DNA of 63,113 bases, from NCBI GenBank assembly GCA_041686345.1, contig JAWLEA010000005.1, positions 1-63,113 on the forward strand, in the 5' to 3' direction. Below are positions 30,426-40,450 of this stretch, one piece after another. The translations under genes were made by a program, and so were the position numbers. Below the pieces are notes generated by a model. The model did no database searches and was not told where the DNA came from. It worked only from the letters and a program-made list of their open reading frames with translations. Position 1 is the first letter of the stretch, and each line of letters starts with the position of its first letter. The DNA comes from Polyangia bacterium. GTDB taxonomy: Bacteria > Myxococcota_A > Polyangia > HGW-17.

Positions 30426-31652
30426 ATGAAAACTAAATTAATGCTTTCCGCCCTTTTCTCATTTGCATTATTCCTCAACGGTTGCTGGTTAGGCGGCGAC
30501 TGTGGCGAAGACGAATTGCTCTGTAATGTCTGCGATTCCCAATTGGGTTGCTTCGATGAAAACTGCAATCCAGCCACTTGCTCTGTTGATGACGATTGCG
30601 CCCTTGATGAATATTGCAACCATCATCAAAGACAATGTTACCCTTCTGATATTCAATGCACATATGACTGGCAATGCACTCATTCCGTCTGTACCGACGG
30701 TTTTTGCTCCAACCCCGACAATACCAACGTTTGTACCAGTGACTGGGACTGCCCCGACGAATCATATTGTGACGAATACAGTGGATTGTGCATGGAATCT
30801 CAGGGTTGCACATCCAATGAAGACTGCAATACTGATGAATATTGCGATTCCCGCAACGTCTGCTCCCCCAAACCCACCGGCCAATGTTCCAACGATTCAG
30901 AATGTGGCATAGGTGCCTATTGTGATGATGGCAGTTGCATCAGTTCAAACCTGTGTACTTCCGAAGGAGACTGCACCGATCCTGCTACTCCAATATGCGA
31001 TTCCAGAGGAGTTTGTGTTCCCGACACCACTGTATCCGATCCCTGCACAACTTCAGATGATTGTGGTAGCGGACAAATATGTCGTGATGGACTTTGTGAA
31101 GACAGTACTCCCCGAGATCCTGCCCAGAACTGCAGAATAAATGAACACTGTGGCGAAAACGGCATCTGTGTAGGTGGTAAATGCTATAACAGTTGTGTTG
31201 ATGAAAGTGATTGCGGTACAGGACAAATCTGCGGAAGCACCGGTTATTGTGAAGACAATCCCGCTGCCGGCGGTGAATGTGTAGAAAACAGTGATTGCAC
31301 CATAGCCGATGATATTTGCATCAACGGCACCTGCTACAACTCATGTGATCTGGACAGCGATTGCCTGAATGAAAACGATCACTGCCTTGAAGGTGTATGT
31401 GTTCCCGACAATGTATCCTCTCCCGAATGTTATACCAATAATGATTGTAGCAGCAGTGGCGAAGAATGTTTCGAAGGCGTATGTCGTATTCCTTGTATCG
31501 ATGAAGAAGACTGCCAGGCTTGCCCCGACGATCCAATCTGCGGCACCGGCGGCTTTTGCATGAGTGAGAACGATCTCAATCCAGAGTGTGTTCTCAACAG
31601 TGATTGCACCGAGCCGGAACTTTGCATAGACGCCATGTGCACAACCCTGTAA
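30426..31652 (+). CDS. Highly Cys-rich repeat lipoprotein
   Basis: GGAGG RBS, LNGC lipobox, about 16 CxxxxDC/EC-x4-C-x4-C modules. Confidence 0.85.
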   Translation: MKTKLMLSALFSFALFLNGCWLGGDCGEDELLCNVCDSQLGCFDENCNPATCSVDDDCALDEYCNHHQRQCYPSDIQCTYDWQCTHSVCTDGFCSNPDNTNVCTSDWDCPDESYCDEYSGLCMESQGCTSNEDCNTDEYCDSRNVCSPKPTGQCSNDSECGIGAYCDDGSCISSNLCTSEGDCTDPATPICDSRGVCVPDTTVSDPCTTSDDCGSGQICRDGLCEDSTPRDPAQNCRINEHCGENGICVGGKCYNSCVDESDCGTGQICGSTGYCEDNPAAGGECVENSDCTIADDICINGTCYNSCDLDSDCLNENDHCLEGVCVPDNVSSPECYTNNDCSSSGEECFEGVCRIPCIDEEDCQACPDDPICGTGGFCMSENDLNPECVLNSDCTEPELCIDAMCTTL

Positions 31653-31681
31653 ACTCCAGAATTTCTCACCAAATTATCCAA

Positions 31682-31724
31682 AAAACTGTAAAAGGGGTCA
31701 TCACCAGACCTCTTTTACAGTTTT
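31682..31724 (+). terminator. Intrinsic terminator-like hairpin (possibly bidirectional)
   Basis: AAAACTGTAAAAGGGGTC / GACCTCTTTTACAGTTTT stem 30 nt after the stop codon. Confidence 0.75.
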
Positions 31725-31840
31725 CTCCTTGTTTTTTCATATTATTTCATATGCTTGCCACATAATTCTCTATTTTTTTGTTATCATTTAAAAGTTGTGT
31801 AAAAATAAAAATACTTTAATTTTAACCAAAGATTGGAGAA

Positions 31841-32047
31841 GTGAAGATGAAATTGTTTCCCCTCTCAATTTTAACTGTTATTTTATTTATCCTGCTTGTG
31901 CTGTTCAGTAGTTCGAAGCAAAATAACAATCAGGAAAAATTGCCAAAACAAAATACAAAAGAATCAAATTACCATCATGATTCACCAGTCAAAATTTCTG
32001 AACTTCCTCTCCAGGAACAATATCATTATCAAAGATTCTCCAAATAA
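31841..32047 (+). CDS. Small hypothetical membrane-anchored protein
   Basis: GGAG RBS, N-terminal hydrophobic helix; short. Confidence 0.45.
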   Translation: MKMKLFPLSILTVILFILLVLFSSSKQNNNQEKLPKQNTKESNYHHDSPVKISELPLQEQYHYQRFSK

Positions 32048-32244
32048 TTCCATTTGATTTGGTTTTCCCTTCGATCAATCTTCCCTGTCAACAGTTCTTT
32101 TCCATAATCGAAATCCTCTTTGTCATAATTTACTGATCATACAATGAATAAAAGATAAATTCAAAAACCTTCAAAAAAAGATGTTGAATAATAACCATCT
32201 ATTTTGTAAGTTGAGATGATATTTTTTTAATCATTTACTAGGTA

Positions 32245-32406
32245 GTTTCCATCCCAAAAAGGAAGGTCATCGCCTGAATGCGGAATTTCACCTCATCTGC
32301 TTTGTCGTAACTGCTTGAAATAGTGTCAACTATGTCGGTGAAGTTATTCCGCACATCTGAGGCAAACTTCTACCCCAGCCGAAAACACCACTTCTGGGAT
32401 AGGAAC
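32245..32406 (-). mobile_element. MITE-like element, copy 5 (full, 162 bp)
   Basis: Perfect TAGGTA direct repeat on both sides (32239-32244, 32407-32412). Confidence 0.92.
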
Positions 32407-32576
32407 TAGGTAGTTTCCGTCCAAAAATTTGTTTTTTTAATTAATTTAAACTATCTGATGAGCTGGAATAAAATAATATTTTTCTGGTTTTAATCAAACA
32501 GTTATCTTTACTATTTCCCATTTGATGCAGGTAAACTTTATGGGAACGGCAATTTTCCTGGATACGGAGTTTCATT

Positions 32577-35500
32577 TTGAATAAGATTGAAAATTTCAAA
32601 TTGTTAAAAAGAATTGGAAAAGGGGGAATGGCAGAAGTCTATCTTGCCAAGGCAGATTACAACGGTCTCAAAAAGATAGTTGCTCTCAAAAAAATACTTC
32701 AACCCCTTTCATCCAATGATCATTTCCGGGAAACATTCAGGCATGAAGCCGGCCTCTCAATGGAACTGAATCATCCCAATGCTGTTCAAGTTTTTGAATA
32801 CGGGCAAACTGCCGATGGAAAACATCTTTACATGATCATGGAATTCATCAATGGTGTCGATTTGATGAATCTGATGAAAACCATGAAAAAGCAAAATCAA
32901 ACAATTGAACCGGGAATAGCTGTCTTCATAATCAGTGAAGCACTCAAAGGACTTGATTATGCCCATCGACTTATAGGCAGTGATGGTCAACCCCTGGAAC
33001 TGGTACACAGAGATGTAAGTCCTCAAAACATCCTTCTTTCTTTTGAAGGTGCCGTCAAAGTCACCGACTTCGGAATTGCCAAAGCCCTCAACAAAAAAGA
33101 AGAAGAAGAAGGAGTTCTCAGGGGAAAAATTCATTATATGTCCCCAGAACAAGCTTATGCCAAACCTCTTGATAAAAGATCAGATATCTTTTCAACTGGT
33201 TTAATTCTGTATGAAATGTTGACGGGCACAAATCCATATAAACAATTCAAAGGTACTCAAGCTCTGGAAAAAGCTAAAAAGGCCGAAATAAAACCACCAT
33301 CCATGTTGATTGATGTTCCAATTCAACTGGAAAAAATCATTCAAAAAGCGCTTTCTCCTCAAAAAGAAAACCGTTATCAAAATGCAAGGGAGATGCAAAA
33401 CGACCTGTCCTTGTACCTGCATAAATTGCCGGTGCTCTATGACTCCAACAAATTAACATTCATTCTCGATCAGACCTTTTCAGATAAATCCAAAATCAAA
33501 CTTGCTGGACTTGACAGTCCCACCATAAATAAAAAATCTGACAGTAATGCTGATTTCGGTTTTACCAACGAAACACATACAGGAACTTTTTCCATCAAAG
33601 AAAAGAAAAATCTTGTTTCCATGGTTATCCAGGTTGGAGGTGTAAAAAAAGCACTGCAACGACATGATCGCGACAAGGTTGAAGGCGAACTGGAAAACTT
33701 CATGAATATGGTGGAATTTATTATGATCAAAGATAAGGAAAAGAGGTATCGTTCCCGTCGCCTTACTGACAATAAATTGTTGGTAGTTCGTGGTATTCCT
33801 TATACCGGAGAATATGATGAAACCGAACTTCTCATGGATGCCCACAAAATAAAAAGAGATTTTAAAGTTTATCAGGAAGAAGTTCCTGAATTCAACATTG
33901 GAATCGGGGTAGATCGCATCAAGGTCAGCATTGTTTTCAACAAATCTTCAATACATTGGGATATCCTGGATAATTCAGAAAGAAAACTCTCTCTCCTTGC
34001 CCGCAGTAACCCCAATGAAATCATGGTATCGGCTCAAATTCACTCTGCAGCCAGATACAATTGGAAATTTGAAAAAATAAAAAATGATTTTGGTCTTTAT
34101 AATTATAAGTTAATCAATCTCAAAAGTGATTACGAAATAAAAAAGACCAGAATGACCAACAATCTTGTGGGTCGTTCATTTGCACTTGGTCGAATGCAGC
34201 GTGAATTTCAAGAATCGGTCAAAAAATCTCGTTTTGTCATCCTGCCCATAATCGGTGATATGGGAGTAGGCAAAACTACTCTGATCCAAAATTTTATTCA
34301 GGGCATCAAGAATAAAAACAGGGTTTTCAGTACTGAAGCCAAGCCATTCAACAGTTTTTCCCCGTTTTCACTTATTATCTCTCTGCTGAAAGATATTTCA
34401 CGTACCCGCGGGGGTTCTGGAAAAGACTTTACCAAGATTATTTACAAGGAATTGAGAAACCTGTTGAGTGAAAAAACTCTGGATGAAATTGTCAAAACCC
34501 TGGAAATGCTCCTTGATTCAGAAAAAGAAATTTCACAGGGACACAACGTCGGAGCTCTGGTTGCCACAGCATTGCGCAGAATTCTGAAAGGGTTTTCAAA
34601 TCAAGGACCTGTAATCGCTATCTTTGAAGATCTGCAATGGGCCGATAAAAAGAGTCAATCAGTTCTCAATTCACTTTTTGAAAATGAAAAATTGAAAGGC
34701 AGGGTCTTCATCATCCTGTCAGTAAGAGATGCTGATGATTACTCCAACACCTTTAATGACAAAAATTCTGTCAAACTGCCCATTAAATTAACTTATTTTG
34801 ATCCTGAACTTACCCGCAAATTTGTGGAGAGGAGATTCGAAAATCCCCAAAAAGCAGCACCTATGATTGACAGAATAGTTAAAATGTCAGAGGGAAACCC
34901 CTTTTTCATAAATGAGCTTTTGTCTTTTGTCGTATCTAAAGGCTTTTGTGAGCCAACTGAGAGCAATTCCGAGAAACTTGTTCTCACCAGGAATATTTCA
35001 GCCAATTTCTCACTGGAAACTTCCCCCACCATCGATGGAATTATCTCCAGTAAACTTGATAATCTCTCTCCCGAAAACAGAAGAATCATTCGTCTTGCTT
35101 CAATTGCCGGCAGAACTTTCTACAAAAAACAATTGCAACAACTGGTTGAAGAGGATGTAGAACAATTTCTGGAAGAATTTGAAAAAAGAAATTTCATCAA
35201 ACAGATGAAAGAACCGGACAGATATACCTTTGTTCAAAAAATAATGAGAGACTTCGCCTATTCTGGGCTTGCCGAAGATGATAAACGCCATGGTCACCTG
35301 CTCATGGCTGAATATCTGGAACAAAATGAACAAAAAAATTATAATGCTCCCATAATAGCCATGCATTATGAAAAGGGTGGCAATCACGAAAAAGCAATAG
35401 AATATTATTTACAAGCAGCTCATCATTCCAAAAATCTGGCTTCCAACAATGAAGCTCTTAACCATTACCAGAAAATTCTGGAACTGGTGGGCAAAAACAA

Positions 35501-36797
35501 AGAAGTTAAATTCCATGCCCATAAAGATATGGTCAATATCTACCGCAACCTTGGTTTACGCAATAAACAACTTGTGGAAATCAAAAATATGGAGACCCTC
35601 GCTCTCGAAGAAAACAAAACCAAGTGGCTAAGTGAAGCCCAATGCAGAAAACTGGCTTATTTTCAGGATATTGGCGAACCTCGTAAAACCATAAATCTTT
35701 TTGACGAAGTAATCACTAACGCAACTAATGCCCAGGATGAAAAAACTCAGATTTATGCCTATTATATTCTGGCCAGAGCTTTGGTTGATCTCGGTGAAAT
35801 AGATAAATCATTTGAAGCCGTCGGCAAAGGGATGGAAATAATAAACAAAAATCCCAATATTAAATATCTCAAGGGCAATCTTCTTCATATCAAAGCCAAC
35901 ACCTACCACTACAGCGGTGAAGATGAAAAGGCCATTGCCGCTTATGAAAAAGCCCTTAAGATTTTCAGGGAAAACAACAAAAGAACTGAAGAAGCAACTA
36001 TTTTAATGAACTTGGGCTTTCTCTCTTTTGTCAGGGGTAATTACGAAAAAGCCCTGTCCCTGTACAAAAAAGCTTACCAGATTGACATAAGCAAAGGAGA
36101 CAGACTTTATACAGGGGTTAAACTATCCAATATTGCTCAAACTCAAATCGCCCTGGGTAATTATTCTCAAGCCCGAAAAGTATTGCAACAGGCCAAAAGA
36201 TTGTGTCTTGCCACTAAAGACAGTGGTGCCCTCAGCGATACCTACTTTACAATTGCCCTGCTCAAACTCCGTACCGGCAATCCAGCAGCTTCCATGCAGT
36301 TTATCACCGAAGGACTCCGCATTGCCAGAGAAGCAAACAGTAAAATTGATGAAGTAAGAGGCTTGCAACTATGGGCCCAATGCCAATTAGAAGATCTGGA
36401 GGGTAATTATTCAGAAGCCCTCTTAAAATCTGAACAACTTATCAAACTTGCCAAAAATTCCAAATTGCCCAACAGTTATATCCACGGACTTCGGTTGAAG
36501 GCTTTAACTCTGTTGAAAATGGGCGAAAACAAAGAAGCCCTCCCTTTTTCCACCAAGGCTGTATCTTTGACAGTTGTCAGCAATGTCGAAAACAAGGAAG
36601 TTATTTATCATACCCATGCCAGAATCATGCTTTCTCTTCAAAAGAAATATTGGGCTCAGAGATTTTTGAAAAAAGCTGTAGATATAGTTAAAGTCAAAAA
36701 CAATCTGCTTTCCTCAGAACAGGCAAAACAAATCTATCTTTCCGTTTATCCAGCCCGAAATATACTGGAAGATTTTGAAAACTATCAAAATAGTTAG
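32577..36797 (+). CDS. Ser/Thr kinase - AAA/STAND ATPase - TPR multidomain protein
   Basis: GKGGMAEV, HRDVSPQN, DFG, YMSPEQ; GDMGVGKT, FEDLQWAD, GNPFF; C-terminal TPRs; TTG start with GGAG. Confidence 0.9.
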   Translation: MNKIENFKLLKRIGKGGMAEVYLAKADYNGLKKIVALKKILQPLSSNDHFRETFRHEAGLSMELNHPNAVQVFEYGQTADGKHLYMIMEFINGVDLMNLMKTMKKQNQTIEPGIAVFIISEALKGLDYAHRLIGSDGQPLELVHRDVSPQNILLSFEGAVKVTDFGIAKALNKKEEEEGVLRGKIHYMSPEQAYAKPLDKRSDIFSTGLILYEMLTGTNPYKQFKGTQALEKAKKAEIKPPSMLIDVPIQLEKIIQKALSPQKENRYQNAREMQNDLSLYLHKLPVLYDSNKLTFILDQTFSDKSKIKLAGLDSPTINKKSDSNADFGFTNETHTGTFSIKEKKNLVSMVIQVGGVKKALQRHDRDKVEGELENFMNMVEFIMIKDKEKRYRSRRLTDNKLLVVRGIPYTGEYDETELLMDAHKIKRDFKVYQEEVPEFNIGIGVDRIKVSIVFNKSSIHWDILDNSERKLSLLARSNPNEIMVSAQIHSAARYNWKFEKIKNDFGLYNYKLINLKSDYEIKKTRMTNNLVGRSFALGRMQREFQESVKKSRFVILPIIGDMGVGKTTLIQNFIQGIKNKNRVFSTEAKPFNSFSPFSLIISLLKDISRTRGGSGKDFTKIIYKELRNLLSEKTLDEIVKTLEMLLDSEKEISQGHNVGALVATALRRILKGFSNQGPVIAIFEDLQWADKKSQSVLNSLFENEKLKGRVFIILSVRDADDYSNTFNDKNSVKLPIKLTYFDPELTRKFVERRFENPQKAAPMIDRIVKMSEGNPFFINELLSFVVSKGFCEPTESNSEKLVLTRNISANFSLETSPTIDGIISSKLDNLSPENRRIIRLASIAGRTFYKKQLQQLVEEDVEQFLEEFEKRNFIKQMKEPDRYTFVQKIMRDFAYSGLAEDDKRHGHLLMAEYLEQNEQKNYNAPIIAMHYEKGGNHEKAIEYYLQAAHHSKNLASNNEALNHYQKILELVGKNKEVKFHAHKDMVNIYRNLGLRNKQLVEIKNMETLALEENKTKWLSEAQCRKLAYFQDIGEPRKTINLFDEVITNATNAQDEKTQIYAYYILARALVDLGEIDKSFEAVGKGMEIINKNPNIKYLKGNLLHIKANTYHYSGEDEKAIAAYEKALKIFRENNKRTEEATILMNLGFLSFVRGNYEKALSLYKKAYQIDISKGDRLYTGVKLSNIAQTQIALGNYSQARKVLQQAKRLCLATKDSGALSDTYFTIALLKLRTGNPAASMQFITEGLRIAREANSKIDEVRGLQLWAQCQLEDLEGNYSEALLKSEQLIKLAKNSKLPNSYIHGLRLKALTLLKMGENKEALPFSTKAVSLTVVSNVENKEVIYHTHARIMLSLQKKYWAQRFLKKAVDIVKVKNNLLSSEQAKQIYLSVYPARNILEDFENYQNS

Positions 36798-36957
36798 TTC
36801 CCATCCCAGAATGGGGGTTATTAACTGAATGAGAAGTTTATCTCAGATGCGCGGAATAACTTCGCAGACATAGTTGGCACTATTTCAAGAAGTTATGACA
36901 AAGCTGATTAATTCAAATTCCGTCGCTAGGCGATCACCTTCTTTTTGGGACGGGAGT
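36797..36957 (+). mobile_element. MITE-like element, copy 6 (full length)
   Basis: TAGTTA then GTTCCCATCCCA...; its first G completes the TAG stop of the kinase gene. Confidence 0.9.
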
Positions 36958-37184
36958 TGATCAGTTCCAATTTCTCCGGCAAATCAAACAAGAAGAAAAA
37001 ATATAAGCTTCAGCTTGCAAAATATCTTTTTATTCAATAAAAGTTATTTTCAACATATTGGATAAATGTTAACCTTTGATGACAATTATCGTTCTTTTTA
37101 CATTTGCATTATGTCTAAAACAAAAATTGGGCAATTCCGTCTCCAAACGGAAACCTGATAGTCTCAAACCAACCTGCAGATATC

Positions 37185-37224
37185 ATCAGAAAGAAATTCG
37201 GTCATGTATTTCTTTCTGATTTTT
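37185..37224 (+). terminator. Hairpin with T tail
   Basis: ATCAGAAAGAAAT-N10-ATTTCTTTCTGAT, perfect 13-bp stem followed by TTTT; AT-rich stem. Confidence 0.45.
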
Positions 37225-37273
37225 CCAACAGGCTTCTGGACAGTGGCATAATAGTGTTATAATGTAATACAGA

Positions 37274-37306
37274 TTAAAGATAATGATTTTAAATCATTAT
37301 CTTTAA
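37274..37306. promoter_or_regulatory. Perfect 16-1-16 palindrome with Fur-box half sites
   Basis: TTAAAGATAATGATTT-T-AAATCATTATCTTTAA. Confidence 0.5.
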
Positions 37307-37309
37307 ATA

Positions 37310-37461
37310 CAGAGTGGAGATTTTTGACTGAATAAGAAATTTGTCTCAAATGCACCAAATAGCTTCGCAGACATAGTTGACACTATTTCAAAAAGTTATG
37401 ATAAACAAATGAGATATAAATGACCTGTTCAGGCGATGAATTTCCTGTTTGGGACAGGAAC
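37310..37461 (+). mobile_element. MITE-like element, copy 7 (degenerate, one terminus lost)
   Basis: CTTCGCAGACATAGTTGACACTATTTCAA core; ends GGGACAGGAAC then TAAATA. Confidence 0.8.
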
Positions 37462-37649
37462 TAAATAAAAATTATCAGATTAGTTCCATTTTAGAAATAT
37501 TGATTATAAGCGAGGCTCCAAACTGTGACCTCCTTTTTCGTAACCTGAACTAATCAACAAGGTTTAATAATAAACTTTAATCTACTACCGGCAACACTTG
37601 AAATACCGGTAATAACAGAACTTTATAGATTGCTTAAAAAGGTGTTAAG

Positions 37650-40220
37650 ATGAAATTTTCAACCTATATACTGATCGCTTTTACTTTTTTCTTTTCCAGT
37701 TGTGTTTCCATCAAAGAAGATGAGGAAACTACATCAGAACTTTGTGGCAATGGCATTGTCGATCCCGGTGAAGAATGTGATGACGGCAACCTGATCAACC
37801 ATGACGGCTGCAATGAATTTTGCATGATTGAATCCTTTTGCGGCAACGGAATTGTTGAGCCTGGTGAAGAATGTGACGACGACAACCAAAAAGACGGGGA
37901 CGGCTGTGATCACAACTGCATGGTAGAAACCGGATGTGGTAACGGTATCCTGGAACTTGGCGAAGAATGCGATGATGACAACATTGACACCGGTGACGGA
38001 TGCGACGGCGAATGTAAAATGGAAAATGCAGAAGCTGTTTGTGGAAATAGCATCTGGGAACTCGGTGAAGGTTGCGATGATGGCAATACCGAAAACGGGG
38101 ACGGTTGCAGTTCAAATTGTGAACGAGAAGACGGCTGTGGTGACGGCACCAAGTCCGAATCTGAACAATGTGACGATGGTAACAATGTCAGCGGTGACGG
38201 TTGCTCCAAAGATTGTCAGGTAGAATTTATCTGTGGCGACGATAATTGCGACCCCGACAATGGAGAAACTTGTGAACTTTGCCCCGAAGACTGTTGTCCT
38301 GACTGTGGCAACGGAATTCTGGAGGAAGGCGAAGAATGTGACGACGGCAACAACACCTCTGATGACGGTTGTTCACGGGGTTGTCTTGACGAAGACGGAG
38401 AAGCTGTTTGTGGAAATGGCATCTGGGAACTCGGTGAAGAATGTGACGACGGTAATTTAACTGCCCATGACGGCTGTTCACCTGAATGTGTCCGTGAATA
38501 TGTCTGTGGAGATGATGAATGTACCGTAGCTGAAGGTGAAAGCTGTCGAAATTGTCAGAAGGATTGCTGTCCTGCCTGTGGCAATGGAGTTCAGCAAACC
38601 GGTGAAATTTGCGATACCGACGATTTGAACGACAGAACCTGCGAAATGTTTGGTTATGACGGCGGCGATCTTTCCTGTACCGACTGGTGTACTTACGATT
38701 TCTCCACCTGCACTGGAACCGGTCCGGAATGTGGAAACGACGTCAAAGAATACGGCGAAGAATGCGACGGAGACGACATGGACAACCAGGATTGTTCAAC
38801 TCTGGGCTACCTCGGTGGTCTTGCTTTTTGCAACACTGACTGCACCATCAATAAAACCGGTTGCACCGATATGATCAGGTATTTCTTCGAAGACTTTGAT
38901 GAACTTCTCCCTCCCAACAACTGGCAATTCGTCTATCCCTGGGAATGGGGCACTCCCTCCAGCGTCGGTCCTTCCAATGCTTTCAGCGGTAATTCCTGTG
39001 TGGCTACTGTCATCGAGGGAGACACTCCTTCTGATCTTGATTATTCAACTAATTCCATGACAACACCACCCATCGATCTCAGTAACGCCGACAACCCGGT
39101 TCTCTTTTTCTGGGCTTGGGCAGATCTCACTGACTCAACCTACAATGATGATGCCTGGCATGTGGAATATTCCCTTGACAACGGCTCCAGTTGGACCTTG
39201 ATCACCGATGTTGATCCACAATATACTTCTACTGAGGGAAGTTCAGAAGGCTGGGAATATTTCGAAGGATCTGATTCCTGGAATCCATATACAGCCAATC
39301 TTGCATCTCTGGCCGGTGAAACCAATGTTCTGCTTCGTTTCTCGGCTTATTTCGATCATTCATCTTACACCGGAGAGTCCGGTATTTATATAGATGATCT
39401 CATGGTGGTTGAAGGGGCTCATATTCCCATCTCCATAACCACACCCGATGATCTGGGCAAAGCAGTGGTTGACACCCCCTACAACACTAGTATCAACGTC
39501 TGGGGTGGCAGTGGCAACTTTACCTACTCCTTCATTGGAGATTCTCCTTCCTGGTTATCTCTCAACTCTGCCACCGGCGAACTTTCAGGTACTCCTTCCG
39601 CAGCCGACATAGACTCCTATCAATTCACAATCCAGGTTGCAGATGCAGATAATCCCACCAATACCGACCAGAAATCATTTAGCCTAAATGTTCTTGATGC
39701 CCTGCTTTTCGTTAATTTTGAAAGTGGAACTCCTTCCGGCTGGAGCACCAGCGGTGGTGTATGGGAAATAGGAAGCGCCGGAAGCAGTGGACCTTCCTCC
39801 TGTTTCAGCGGAAGCACTTGTGTTGGCACCAATTTCAACGGAGATTATGGGGACAATTTGAGCTGGGGTGATCATTGCGTAACCAGTGGCGATATCGATC
39901 TTTCCGCAGCAACTTCAGCTACCCTTGAATTTATGGGATATCTCGACTCTGAAAATGGCTGGGACGGTTGCCATGTCGAGGCCAACGATGGCAGCGGCTG
40001 GACTCTGCTCGATCAGGTCACTCCCCCTTATAGTGCCGGTGACTGTGGCAGTCAAGACTGTTGGGAAGGAAGTGCTCCCTCGTGGCAAACTTATTCTGTA
40101 GATCTGAGCAGCCAGGTTGGCCAAACTATCCAGGTACGCTGGTGTTTCTACTCAGATAGTTCTGTTAACGACTATCCTGGATTCTTCTTTGACGATGTAA
40201 TTGTTGTTTTCAGTAATTGA
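37650..40220 (+). CDS. Myxococcus-type Cys-rich repeat lipoprotein with Ig-like and two jelly-roll/MAM-like domains
   Basis: FSSC lipobox; repeated CGNG..EECDDGN..DGC..C; PSWLSLNSATGELSGTP putative Ig motif; two WExG..GP....SG..C...IDLS domains. Confidence 0.88.
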   Translation: MKFSTYILIAFTFFFSSCVSIKEDEETTSELCGNGIVDPGEECDDGNLINHDGCNEFCMIESFCGNGIVEPGEECDDDNQKDGDGCDHNCMVETGCGNGILELGEECDDDNIDTGDGCDGECKMENAEAVCGNSIWELGEGCDDGNTENGDGCSSNCEREDGCGDGTKSESEQCDDGNNVSGDGCSKDCQVEFICGDDNCDPDNGETCELCPEDCCPDCGNGILEEGEECDDGNNTSDDGCSRGCLDEDGEAVCGNGIWELGEECDDGNLTAHDGCSPECVREYVCGDDECTVAEGESCRNCQKDCCPACGNGVQQTGEICDTDDLNDRTCEMFGYDGGDLSCTDWCTYDFSTCTGTGPECGNDVKEYGEECDGDDMDNQDCSTLGYLGGLAFCNTDCTINKTGCTDMIRYFFEDFDELLPPNNWQFVYPWEWGTPSSVGPSNAFSGNSCVATVIEGDTPSDLDYSTNSMTTPPIDLSNADNPVLFFWAWADLTDSTYNDDAWHVEYSLDNGSSWTLITDVDPQYTSTEGSSEGWEYFEGSDSWNPYTANLASLAGETNVLLRFSAYFDHSSYTGESGIYIDDLMVVEGAHIPISITTPDDLGKAVVDTPYNTSINVWGGSGNFTYSFIGDSPSWLSLNSATGELSGTPSAADIDSYQFTIQVADADNPTNTDQKSFSLNVLDALLFVNFESGTPSGWSTSGGVWEIGSAGSSGPSSCFSGSTCVGTNFNGDYGDNLSWGDHCVTSGDIDLSAATSATLEFMGYLDSENGWDGCHVEANDGSGWTLLDQVTPPYSAGDCGSQDCWEGSAPSWQTYSVDLSSQVGQTIQVRWCFYSDSSVNDYPGFFFDDVIVVFSN

Positions 40221-40450
40221 ATATTTTGATTCATACTGTTTATGCCAAGGGAGCCTAATCATTATACAAGTTGGTTGCAAAATAAATACCGGCCAAACCG
40301 CTCCCGGCCCCTTTTGTTTCTAAATCTGGGCTCATACTTAAAATTAATCTCCTATTTATGGTAGTTTTTTGTTAATTTAAATTTATAAGAATTTTTACAA
40401 ATCTCCGAAAGTTGGATCAAACAAAACCATAATAGAGAAAGGTCTGGTTT

